64,000 nucleotides of DNA. It comes from an uncultured Gammaproteobacteria bacterium (GTDB lineage Bacteria > Patescibacteriota > Microgenomatia > UBA10105 > UBA927). Below are positions 8,608-16,245 of this stretch, piece by piece; the stretch's first letter is position 1, and every line of letters begins with the position of its first letter. The position numbers and the translations under genes are program-made. The stretch spans positions 244,603-308,602 of the forward strand of contig CAZVTT010000001.1 in the NCBI GenBank assembly GCA_964629685.1. Reading direction: 5' to 3'. The notes under the pieces were generated by a model, which made no database searches, was not told the origin of the DNA, and saw only the letters and a list, made by a program, of their open reading frames with translations.

Positions 8608-9303
8608 ATGCATGTGCTGGATTTTATTTTCCCCAGGCGGTGTCTACGGTGCGGGAAGTTGGGAAGATATTTTTGTCCGTATTGTGTACGTTCACTTTCC
8701 TACATGCACGCAAACGAACTTGTTTGTCCTGTTTGCGAACGGCCTGCTATAGATGGCAAAACTCATCCCCGGTGTGTAACGAAATATTCACCAGATGGTT
8801 TAATCAGTTACTTCCGTTACCGGGGAATAATCCGGACAGCAATCCAAACCATAAAATACCGCTTCGTACGGGATTTGGTTTGGGATCTAACAGCCTTAAT
8901 ATCCGAGGAAATGCTGGAGGCAACCATATACGCATTACCGAAAGATTGTGTACTTGTTTTTATTCCCATTCCGTTACATCCCGTCCGTGAGCGGAATAGG
9001 GGATTTAATCAGGCTTTGTGTGTAGGGAAAATGGTAGCTAACCGGTTACAAATACCTCTGCGGACTGGAATATTACGGCGGGTACGGTATACTGCACCGC
9101 AGGTATCCATGAAAGATAGGATTGCCAGAGAAAAAAATATGCAGACTGTATTTGCACTTAAACCAGGCGTAACGATAATGCCATGCACAGTTTATATTTT
9201 ATTCGATGACGTTTTTACAACGGGCGCGACTATGAGGTCTGCTGCCTCATGTCTGAAACGTGCAGGCGCACAATATGTCTGGGGGATTACTTTGGCTCGA
9301 TAA
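8608..9303 (+). CDS. comF: ComF family protein (ComFC-type phosphoribosyltransferase)
   Basis: N-terminal Cys4 zinc-finger-like segment (CLRCGK...CPYC...CPVC...HPRC) and a C-terminal PRTase motif (ILFDDVFTTGAT). Confidence 0.8.
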   Translation: MHVLDFIFPRRCLRCGKLGRYFCPYCVRSLSYMHANELVCPVCERPAIDGKTHPRCVTKYSPDGLISYFRYRGIIRTAIQTIKYRFVRDLVWDLTALISEEMLEATIYALPKDCVLVFIPIPLHPVRERNRGFNQALCVGKMVANRLQIPLRTGILRRVRYTAPQVSMKDRIAREKNMQTVFALKPGVTIMPCTVYILFDDVFTTGATMRSAASCLKRAGAQYVWGITLAR

Positions 9304-9304
9304 T

Positions 9305-9943
9305 ATGCAGAATAAAACCATAGTGTTAGTAGCAAATGGGAGTTTGGATGATGTGCTTTGTACGTATATACCGGCAAATGCGATAGTAGTCGGGGTAGAT
9401 AAAGGGGCAATATGGTTATTGAAACATGGGTTTATCCCTCATATTGCGATAGGTGATTTTGATTCAGTTACGAATCAGGAACTGGAAATAATAAAAAAGA
9501 ACATTTCTGAAATTGAAACGTACCCCCGGCAAAAAGACGCCACGGATATGGAGTTAGCATTCCGTTGGGCGCTTCGCAAAAAACCGGAAGAGATTCGCAT
9601 ATTGGGTGGCATAGGGAGCAGGCTGGATCATAGCTTAGCTACGGTTCAATTGTTGGAGCGCAATCGTAAAAATTCCGTGCGTATCGTCGTATTTGATACA
9701 CACAACCGCATGGAATTAGTGCGCGGGCAACTTCAAATTGAGAAAACTAAAGAATACGCATACTATTCCATTATTCCTGCAACACGGTTTGCCGTAGTAA
9801 GCTTAAAGGGGTTTGCATATCCGTTAACTAAGGGCGTAATACGGCGGGGTTCAACCCTGGGTGTAAGTAATGAGTTGGTAGATGTAAAAGGAACAATTAT
9901 CGTACATGAGGGTAGAGTATGGTTGATAGGAAGCCGTGATTGA
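9305..9943 (+). CDS. thiamine pyrophosphokinase
   Basis: IVLVANGSL, VGVDKGA, IAIGDFDS and GGIGSRLDH match TPK catalytic-domain motifs. Start placed at ATG 9305 (MQNKTIV), two nt after the comF stop. Confidence 0.75.
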   Translation: MQNKTIVLVANGSLDDVLCTYIPANAIVVGVDKGAIWLLKHGFIPHIAIGDFDSVTNQELEIIKKNISEIETYPRQKDATDMELAFRWALRKKPEEIRILGGIGSRLDHSLATVQLLERNRKNSVRIVVFDTHNRMELVRGQLQIEKTKEYAYYSIIPATRFAVVSLKGFAYPLTKGVIRRGSTLGVSNELVDVKGTIIVHEGRVWLIGSRD

Positions 9944-9981
9944 TAGTCGAAGCGGGTTAAAACTGGTATAATTGTATGCCT

Positions 9982-10067
9982 GGAGAGTTGGCTGAGTGGT
10001 CAAAAGCGAGGGTTTGCTAAACCCTTGAGCCGAAAGGCTCGCACAGGTTCGAATCCTGTACTCTCCG
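9982..10067 (+). tRNA. tRNA-Ser (anticodon GCT)
   Basis: Cloverleaf read by eye: acceptor GGAGAGT/ACTCTCC, anticodon stem AGGGT/ACCCT with loop TTGCTAA, long variable arm, T-arm CAGGTTCGAATCCTG, discriminator G. Confidence 0.8.
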
Positions 10068-10068
10068 C

Positions 10069-10167
10069 CCTTCGTCGCTACGCTCCTCAGGGTAAACTTC
10101 ATTGCAGGGGTTCGCCCTGATGATAGTGCGGTAAGTAGTAACCCTGAGGAACGGAGTGACGACGAAG
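10069..10167 (+). other. long imperfect hairpin occupying the entire spacer between two tRNA-Ser genes
   Basis: CCTTCGTCG...TCAGGGT at the 5' side pairs with ACCCTGA...CGACGAAGG at the 3' side (perfect 9-bp and 7-bp arms with an imperfect middle). Confidence 0.5.
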
Positions 10168-10254
10168 GGAGAGGTCGCATAGTGGACTAGTGCGCTTGTC
10201 TTGAAAACAAGTGTGGGCGCAAGCCTACCGCGAGTTCGAATCTCGCCCTCTCCG
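10168..10254 (+). tRNA. tRNA-Ser (anticodon TGA)
   Basis: Acceptor GGAGAGG/CCTCTCC, anticodon stem CTTGT/ACAAG with loop CTTGAAA, long variable arm, T-arm GCGAGTTCGAATCTCGC. Confidence 0.8.
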
Positions 10255-10353
10255 CCTTCGCTCGCCGGAGCGAGCTACGGCGGACGAAGTCCGCAAATAG
10301 ATCGCGAAGGAGAGATTCGGTCGCCAGAGCTTTAGCGACGGCGAGCTTCGCAT

Positions 10354-10653
10354 ATGACCGATGGTCTCGATGAAATTAAAGGGCGACCTTCGGCGGACGC
10401 AGTCCGCTTTTATTATGTCTACATTTTAAAATGTGGTGATGGTTTGACTTACACTGGATGCACGGATAACTTGAAAGAAAGAATTGATCGCCATCAAAAA
10501 GGACAAGTCCCGGCAACGAAAAATCGTTTACCCGTGTCACTTACTTCCTATTTTGCATTTTCCGATAAATATACCGCTTTCAATTTCGAACACTATCTTA
10601 AATCCGGCTCGGGGAGAGCATTCCTAAAGAAGCACCAAATAATTGACCGTTAA
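10354..10653 (+). CDS. GIY-YIG nuclease-domain protein (small stand-alone GIY-YIG)
   Basis: FYYVYILKCGDGLTYTGCTDNLKERIDRHQ is a canonical GIY-YIG N-terminal motif. The true start is uncertain because the first 17 codons overlap a repeat hairpin. Confidence 0.65.
   Translation: MTDGLDEIKGRPSADAVRFYYVYILKCGDGLTYTGCTDNLKERIDRHQKGQVPATKNRLPVSLTSYFAFSDKYTAFNFEHYLKSGSGRAFLKKHQIIDR
10393..10411 (+). terminator. GC-rich hairpin GCGGAC-GCA-GTCCGC + TTTT (possible terminator for the tRNA pair); second copy of a 17-nt repeat
   Basis: Perfect 6-bp stem with a 3-nt loop followed by TTTT. A near-identical hairpin without the T-tract lies at 10280..10294. It overlaps the 5' part of the predicted GIY-YIG ORF. 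Confidence 0.3.
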
Positions 10654-10707
10654 GGTCTTTAGTTGTCATGTGGGTTATAATTTAGTACAGAACAAGAATT
10701 ATTACAT

Positions 10708-11076
10708 ATGATTCAAATAACTTGGTATGAGTTAGCGTCTTATTTAACTAACATCGTTTTAGCATTTTTAAGTATTTATCAATTTTTAGCCTCAAAAAAA
10801 GAAGAGGAAAATACAAAGTCAAAAATTAGAATGTTACAGAACCAAGCAGAGGGGATAAAAAATGCTTTACTTCAAATAGGTCAAAATTCAAACGCCTTCA
10901 GCAGCAAGGATGATATTGCTGCCGCGGTTACAGCTGTTTCACAATCAGCTGTAACATTAGATCAAGCAATGGTTGAAGAAAGATTCTATTCTGAAACAGA
11001 AATAAAACAAAAGAGAATGGAAATGGAAAAACAACAGAAGAAATTGTTTTCGATGCTTAAAACTAGTCAATCGTAA
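10708..11076 (+). CDS. hypothetical protein with an N-terminal TM helix and a coiled-coil
   Basis: 122 aa. TM helix (LTNIVLAFLSIYQFLA) followed by a Lys/Glu/Gln-rich predicted coiled-coil. AT-rich codon usage. Confidence 0.4.
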   Translation: MIQITWYELASYLTNIVLAFLSIYQFLASKKEEENTKSKIRMLQNQAEGIKNALLQIGQNSNAFSSKDDIAAAVTAVSQSAVTLDQAMVEERFYSETEIKQKRMEMEKQQKKLFSMLKTSQS

Positions 11077-11084
11077 GGAGGAGA

Positions 11085-12038
11085 ATGACATTTATTGCAA
11101 GTGTAATTGCAAAAAAAGGTGTTGCGATTATTGCTGATTCATTGGTGACGATGTCTAGGCCTGTAATGGAGGCAGATGACTTTAGGCATTATGTTCAAAG
11201 TAAAACAAGTCCAGACGGAAAAGTAACTCAGTTGAACCCAGATGACTTGTTGAAACTCTTTCATAAGAAGCCATCACACACAAAGGACTATGAGGAAAAA
11301 TTGTTTCAGTATGATAAATATACAGCAATAACGGTTGCGGGAAGGGCGGTTATTAACAATCGACGAATTGGCGAGGTTATTCATGAAATTTCTGACAAAC
11401 TTCGTAAAGCCAGGATGTTGAATAAGCCGATTGCTAATAAAATAATTGACTTTTGTTCGGAGCTTGAAGTAATTGCAAAATCGCATTTAGCTAAGTATAA
11501 ATTTATTGGACTAACAACATTTATTGTTACTCATTACGATAAACGGGCTGAAAAGACAAGTATTTTTAGAGTTAATATTAATAATGCGAGTGAGGCGAAC
11601 TTACAAAATCCTAGCTTTAAGTTAGTTGAGTTTTCAGAGAGTTTTGCTATTGAAAATGTAGTTTGCGATGGCCAAAATGGAATCAGTGAAAGAATTCTTT
11701 TGGGAGGAATAGATGTTATTTTAGCTACTGCCGAGAAACTTATTGACCGTATTGATACTGACTACGGGTTAAAACTAAAGCCTACTTATAAAAAACAACT
11801 TACAGATGAGATATTCCAGCAGTTTCAAAGTGAATTAAAAATTGCAAAACTAAAAGGTCTGAGTTTACAGCAAGCTGTTGATTTAGCATATTTATTGATG
11901 AAGATTGAGATAGATTTTCAAAAATATACTGAGGATATGCCGACTGTAGGGGGAGTAATCAAAATAGCAGTTATTGACTCCGAAGGAGTGAGATTTATTG
12001 CTGGAAAAGAAATTATTGATCCCCGTGAGCACTTATAG
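11085..12038 (+). CDS. proteasome-beta/HslV/Anbu-like N-terminal-nucleophile hydrolase-fold protein (divergent; candidate Thr1)
   Basis: Strong RBS (AAGGAGG) 9 nt upstream. The N-terminus MTFIASVIAKKGVAIIADSLVT resembles HslV [21 protein letters not shown]. A later block KLFQYDKYTAITVAGRA resembles the HslV Lys33 region KVRRLYNDKVIAGFAGG. The C-terminal strands (VGGVIKIAVIDSEGVRFI) look proteasome-like. It carries insertions relative to HslV. Confidence 0.45.
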   Translation: MTFIASVIAKKGVAIIADSLVTMSRPVMEADDFRHYVQSKTSPDGKVTQLNPDDLLKLFHKKPSHTKDYEEKLFQYDKYTAITVAGRAVINNRRIGEVIHEISDKLRKARMLNKPIANKIIDFCSELEVIAKSHLAKYKFIGLTTFIVTHYDKRAEKTSIFRVNINNASEANLQNPSFKLVEFSESFAIENVVCDGQNGISERILLGGIDVILATAEKLIDRIDTDYGLKLKPTYKKQLTDEIFQQFQSELKIAKLKGLSLQQAVDLAYLLMKIEIDFQKYTEDMPTVGGVIKIAVIDSEGVRFIAGKEIIDPREHL

Positions 12039-12039
12039 T

Positions 12040-12216
12040 ATGAAAAAAACACAAAAAATATCAAAAACAGACACAGAGGCAATTTCCGAAATTACACAAA
12101 GAAAAGCCGAGATTTTAAGTAAACAGAGAGATTCAATGTTGCAGGAGCTTAAAGACGCAATGAAAGACAAAAAAATAATAATTAAGGGAAATATATCAAA
12201 CTTACTTGGATATTAG
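12040..12216 (+). CDS. small charged hypothetical protein (58-72 aa)
   Basis: ATG sits 2 nt after the stop of the upstream gene. The ORF track extends it to 11998 in the same frame. Lys/Glu-rich and probably helical. Confidence 0.3.
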   Translation: MKKTQKISKTDTEAISEITQRKAEILSKQRDSMLQELKDAMKDKKIIIKGNISNLLGY

Positions 12217-12290
12217 CTCCCATTATTTACTCTATTATCTCACCATAAGTGCTCCAATTATATCCCAAGTGGTCAGCTAATTGATAGAAT

Positions 12291-12686
12291 ATGATTATGA
12301 AAATTAACCAAATTGATGCTGAAAATTTCCCCCTAGTTGAAGTTGTTTCCAATGAAGTGCTTGTTAAAAATACTCAAGATGTTCTTGATCTTTTAGGGGA
12401 AGTTGGTTTCTCAAATATAATTCTGTACGATCATAATTTTGAATCAGACTTTTTTGATCTAAGTACGAACAAATTGGGAGAAATTCTCCAAAAGTTTACA
12501 AACTACCAAGTTAAACTAGCGATTATTGGTGATTTTGAAAAGTATCCAAGTAGAGTCTTAAAAAAATATATTCACGAAACGAATAGGGTAGGAGATTTTT
12601 TATTTGTTACGAATATGGAAGCCGTTAAAGATAAATGGATAAGTAGTAATAAACGTTCTAATTCTGTTCCAGGCTGCCCGCAATAA
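12291..12686 (+). CDS. DUF4180-domain protein
   Basis: The pattern DVLDLLGEVGFSNIILYDHNFESDFFDLSTNKLGEILQKFTNYQVKLAIIGDFEKYPSRVLKKYIHETN matches my recollection of DUF4180 (...DFFDLSTGIAGEILQKF.NY..KLAIVGDF..Y.SKSL.DFI.ESN). Confidence 0.55.
   Translation: MIMKINQIDAENFPLVEVVSNEVLVKNTQDVLDLLGEVGFSNIILYDHNFESDFFDLSTNKLGEILQKFTNYQVKLAIIGDFEKYPSRVLKKYIHETNRVGDFLFVTNMEAVKDKWISSNKRSNSVPGCPQ
12658..12684 (+). repeat. 27-bp direct repeat, copy A (CTAATTCTGTTCCAGGCTGCCCGCAAT)
   Basis: Seen directly. It pairs with copy B at 13967..13995 (2 differences). It overlaps the last codons (NSVPGCPQ*) of the DUF4180 gene. Confidence 0.8.
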
Positions 12687-12733
12687 ATAGATGCACCAGT
12701 GGGTATGCTGCTGCTACTACGAGTTTTAAATAC

Positions 12734-13969
12734 ATGCGTATTTTTTTTCGTTCTTCTTTTAGAATTAGTTTAGTTTTATTCAGTATAGTATTAAGTCTTC
12801 TGGTAGTCGAAAAAATATTAGAAGTACGTGGCTATACGTACAAACCACTATTAGTTGCTCAGAATATTCGACCGGAAACCGCTGGGTATTTTTACGACCC
12901 AGAACTGATTTATACGGCTAAGTATCAGATAAATAATCCTTTACCCTCTGAAGTTGGTTTAAAAAATCAAATTCAGCTTAGACCCGACAGTATCAGTAAC
13001 GCCTCTGCGTCCGGTAATACGTTTACCGTTGTTACGCTTGGGGATTCGTTTACCTATGGTCACAATCTCGCGGATAGTGATACGTACCCGTCTCAGCTAG
13101 AGACAGTCCTTACGGAAAATGGATATAACGTGAATGTATTCAACGCCGGTGTGTCCGGGTACGGTATAGATCAAGAATACGTGTTTTTAAAACGAATTTT
13201 GGCTTCATACAAACCGAATCTGGTGATATTGAATCTGAATGAGAACGATATCTCTGATTCAAACGAAAATTGTCTCTTCAAGAAGGAGTTATCGGGGGAT
13301 TTTGTAAGAGTAACCGGTATTACCAGTAATACGTATATACTGTACCAGGTGTTAGTACACGTTCCGGAAAGTATAAAAAAATCGCGTGTATTAAATCTTT
13401 TCCTAGCAGGATTAAGCCTGGAAGGTCCACACAACTTTGTTTGCTCCCAAAAATACACGTCCGAACTAGAAAGATTGATGCTCGATAAAATTGAAGGCTT
13501 AATTACCAAGATCGCTCATGAGCTTCCTTCCGGAACGAATCTGATGTTAACGTTCGTCCCTATGCAGGATTATTTTAGGTATACCACAAAAGATACGTAT
13601 CGGCTTTCTAACCGTAAAAAAATAATCAAGCAACTGAGTAATTTTTCAATTTTAGATGTGAACAAGAAAATTGCGGGCAACCTGTATCCTGAAATTTATG
13701 TTTTGCGTGAAGATACGGATGTTAGGATAGCCGGTGCGAATACCGTCAGTGGTTTTGTTGATATGCCGTATAGTTCGGTAGATATACCATATCCCGATAC
13801 TCAATTATTCTTAAATGCATTAACGGAGCCTGAATCTCCTTACGGATCCAGACACCCCAGTAGACTTGGTAATTTTCTCTTCGCTCGCAGCGTTGCAAAA
13901 GAAATTATTGAAAAGTATCTTGGTGAACAACACCTTGAATCATATAATAACTCGATAAAAGTTCCGTAA
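12734..13969 (+). CDS. SGNH/GDSL-family hydrolase with an N-terminal membrane anchor
   Basis: N-terminal TM, GDS block (VVTLGDSFTYGH) and a Gly block (FNAGVSGYGIDQ). Confidence 0.6.
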   Translation: MRIFFRSSFRISLVLFSIVLSLLVVEKILEVRGYTYKPLLVAQNIRPETAGYFYDPELIYTAKYQINNPLPSEVGLKNQIQLRPDSISNASASGNTFTVVTLGDSFTYGHNLADSDTYPSQLETVLTENGYNVNVFNAGVSGYGIDQEYVFLKRILASYKPNLVILNLNENDISDSNENCLFKKELSGDFVRVTGITSNTYILYQVLVHVPESIKKSRVLNLFLAGLSLEGPHNFVCSQKYTSELERLMLDKIEGLITKIAHELPSGTNLMLTFVPMQDYFRYTTKDTYRLSNRKKIIKQLSNFSILDVNKKIAGNLYPEIYVLREDTDVRIAGANTVSGFVDMPYSSVDIPYPDTQLFLNALTEPESPYGSRHPSRLGNFLFARSVAKEIIEKYLGEQHLESYNNSIKVP

Positions 13970-13995
13970 TTCTGTCCCAGGCTGCCCGCCAATGT
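13967..13995 (+). repeat. 27-bp direct repeat, copy B (GTAATTCTGTCCCAGGCTGCCCGCCAATG)
   Basis: Seen directly, immediately after the stop of the SGNH hydrolase gene. In the frame of copy A it would encode NSVPGCPPM*. Confidence 0.8.
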
Positions 13996-14029
13996 AAGGG
14001 TTGGAATAGTGTGAATAATATCTGAGAAC

Positions 14030-15187
14030 CTAATTTTCTTTATTAAATGTATCCGGATTATTAATGGTAACGGTTTTTTGTATTTCAGGGTGACTTCTAA
14101 GGTACTGACTAATTACTTCAGATATAGTTTGAGCAACTAAGGCATGTCCAGATTCATTGTAGTGCTTATCTTTTGGGTTAAAGTATGAAGTATATTTATC
14201 TGGATCAGCTTTTAACATTGATTCACCGATATCTATAAAAATAAGATTGTCATTTGCCGCTAGTTGATTAAGCATTTTCTTGCGTTTATCATATTTTTCC
14301 AGATAGATTTCTTTTTCCCCTGGATCGTATTGTGTAGGAAGTAAAACAATAATAGGGAATGCGCCTCTTTTCCTTGTTACACCAACTAAATCGTTAAGTA
14401 TTGCGGCAATGACGTTCTCAGAATCCTGATTTGTGGCACCTGTTTCGGTATGCAAATGCAGATACTGCATGATGACACTTAATGCATGTCGACCTGTTAG
14501 GTATATATTGAGATACTCCAATGCATTCGGATTAAGCGCCAGTACTGTAAGCCACTTATTGGGTGGTGGAACAGGATTATTCGTATTAGCTAGTACATTA
14601 TTTTTTAACTTGAAAAATGGTTTACCATATCCTCTAAATGTACGTAAGGAAACTCGATCAAAATCATCTAAAATAAATGCCATGATGTGGAATGTATGTG
14701 ATATTGTCTCTGCGTCCCGTAGGTACCACAAATAATTTTGATCGATACCGTAACCTCCCTGCGCCATGTTATATGGCTGTAAGCTATTACTACTTAAAAG
14801 AGAACACCAATTTTTATAGTCATCCACACCGTATCCAAAAGTAAAAGAGTCACCCGAGCAAATAGTTGTGAATGCAGGATTGCTGGTATGCGTAGGAGTA
14901 ATTCGGAATCGATGTGAATTCGTAGTTAGATTTTTTCCCGGCCCATACAAATTTAACAATGATAGATTTTGTTTATTTATCCATCCTAGCAGTGGATCGT
15001 ACTCAGTATGTGTGTCTTTAATAACTCTTGAGGAGGTATTAACCACACGTTGATAAAAATGATAAAAAGAAAGAATTCCTTCAATACTTGCAAACAACAG
15101 ACATGTAAGAACAATTTGAAGAGCAAAAGTGACGAAATATTTCTTAATAGGGGAGATAATCTTATATAACTTCGGTAGCAAGGCCAT
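14030..15187 (-). CDS. SGNH/GDSL-family hydrolase with an N-terminal membrane anchor (paralog, convergent with 12734..13969)
   Basis: TM anchor, GDS block (ICSGDSFTFGYG), Gly block (AQGGYGIDQ) and a C-terminal DKHYNESGH block (Asp/His catalytic block of SGNH hydrolases). Confidence 0.6.
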   Translation of the reverse strand: MALLPKLYKIISPIKKYFVTFALQIVLTCLLFASIEGILSFYHFYQRVVNTSSRVIKDTHTEYDPLLGWINKQNLSLLNLYGPGKNLTTNSHRFRITPTHTSNPAFTTICSGDSFTFGYGVDDYKNWCSLLSSNSLQPYNMAQGGYGIDQNYLWYLRDAETISHTFHIMAFILDDFDRVSLRTFRGYGKPFFKLKNNVLANTNNPVPPPNKWLTVLALNPNALEYLNIYLTGRHALSVIMQYLHLHTETGATNQDSENVIAAILNDLVGVTRKRGAFPIIVLLPTQYDPGEKEIYLEKYDKRKKMLNQLAANDNLIFIDIGESMLKADPDKYTSYFNPKDKHYNESGHALVAQTISEVISQYLRSHPEIQKTVTINNPDTFNKEN

Positions 15188-15527
15188 ATTATAGTTTTAT
15201 CCTGTCGGCATCATCTACAGTCCTATAGTTCTAATTGGGTAGTTGATAGAAATATGATTTCCATCATATCAGAATGGCGAATTCTTATAAAAGATTAAGC
15301 AGAAAGTTTACTTCGTATGCATCTTGAAACACGGTGATTCTTGCTAGAATATCCTCACCACGGAAATCAACACAGCTGATTTTTCGGGAAAATTTGTTTT
15401 TATTCATTTGGGAAAGAAGCAATAGAAATATTCCGTCACTTTTACAACTGCAAGTTAACGTGTAATCCCATCAGGCAATCCGTTATGAAGAAGTTGTTTG
15501 AGATAATAGTAAGCTAAGTTTCCGTGA

Positions 15528-15731
15528 TTATAGTTGGAAGAATTTCAGCAATTCATACACAACAAACACCGGCCATATAAAGGCTTTAAACAAGCCAACG
15601 ATTACTAGCCACACTGTCGGTGCGTGCTGCAAAAAATAAATTGCTGCGCCAACCAAGCCGAGTCCGTATACCGCATTCCCTCCACCGCATGTGCTGTTGT
15701 GACGACACTGACATTCATGTTCTTTTGCCAT
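15528..15731 (-). CDS. small Cys-containing membrane protein, hypothetical
   Basis: 67 aa with an HECQCRH...CGGG segment and then two hydrophobic helices. Confidence 0.3.
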   Translation of the reverse strand: MAKEHECQCRHNSTCGGGNAVYGLGLVGAAIYFLQHAPTVWLVIVGLFKAFIWPVFVVYELLKFFQL

Positions 15732-15835
15732 AGGTAACCTCCTTTTCCACAGTACTCCGTTTCGGTAACGGCAACAAGCGAACTACATTACGCTAGCATA
15801 ACAGCAGAAGCAAGGGCAGAGGATATAGTGCCGTC

Positions 15836-16195
15836 CTATTTTTTGTTCGCCGCTACATCTATTTCCTTACGCCGGAGAGTAAGTAATTTTTTCAGGATTG
15901 CCACCGGGATCGGATTATCTGAAGTAAATCTGATTGTTCCCTTAGACAATTCGAAATTACCCAATTTTTTTTGTAGGGCTACGATAACATTTGGGCTAAA
16001 AGGGTAAATGCTGAGATGGCGTTTAGTGGCCGTGAAGCCCAGTAAAGGCCGTTTTTTGTACTTAAACGTCGGTATACCGTAACTTAACGATTCTTCCGTA
16101 CCGGGTACGATTTTTTTTATATTTTCGCAAAGTCGTACCAACGCTTTTTGGTTCGGCCCGGTAACGTTCTGCAAATATTCGTTCATTACAGACAT
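15836..16195 (-). CDS. DUF1801 (YdhG-like) domain protein
   Basis: Pattern ...SLSYGIPTFKYKKRPLLGFTATKRHLSIYPFS... is typical of the DUF1801 family. Confidence 0.5.
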   Translation of the reverse strand: MSVMNEYLQNVTGPNQKALVRLCENIKKIVPGTEESLSYGIPTFKYKKRPLLGFTATKRHLSIYPFSPNVIVALQKKLGNFELSKGTIRFTSDNPIPVAILKKLLTLRRKEIDVAANKK

Positions 16196-16245
16196 ACCCC
16201 TATTATGGCATAATAGGCGGGAATTCTGATAATGTTTTTACTAGT

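Noticed and set aside
8640-8990. Alternative-frame ORF inside comF
   Set aside because: The comF frame carries the zinc-finger and PRTase motifs. The alternative frame has none.
15190-15530. Looked for a duplicated tRNA-Ser 3' end (att-like) at the far side of the AT-rich island
   Set aside because: No convincing match to GCGAGTTCGAATCTCGCCCTCTCCGCC was seen by eye, so the island boundary and mechanism remain unsupported.
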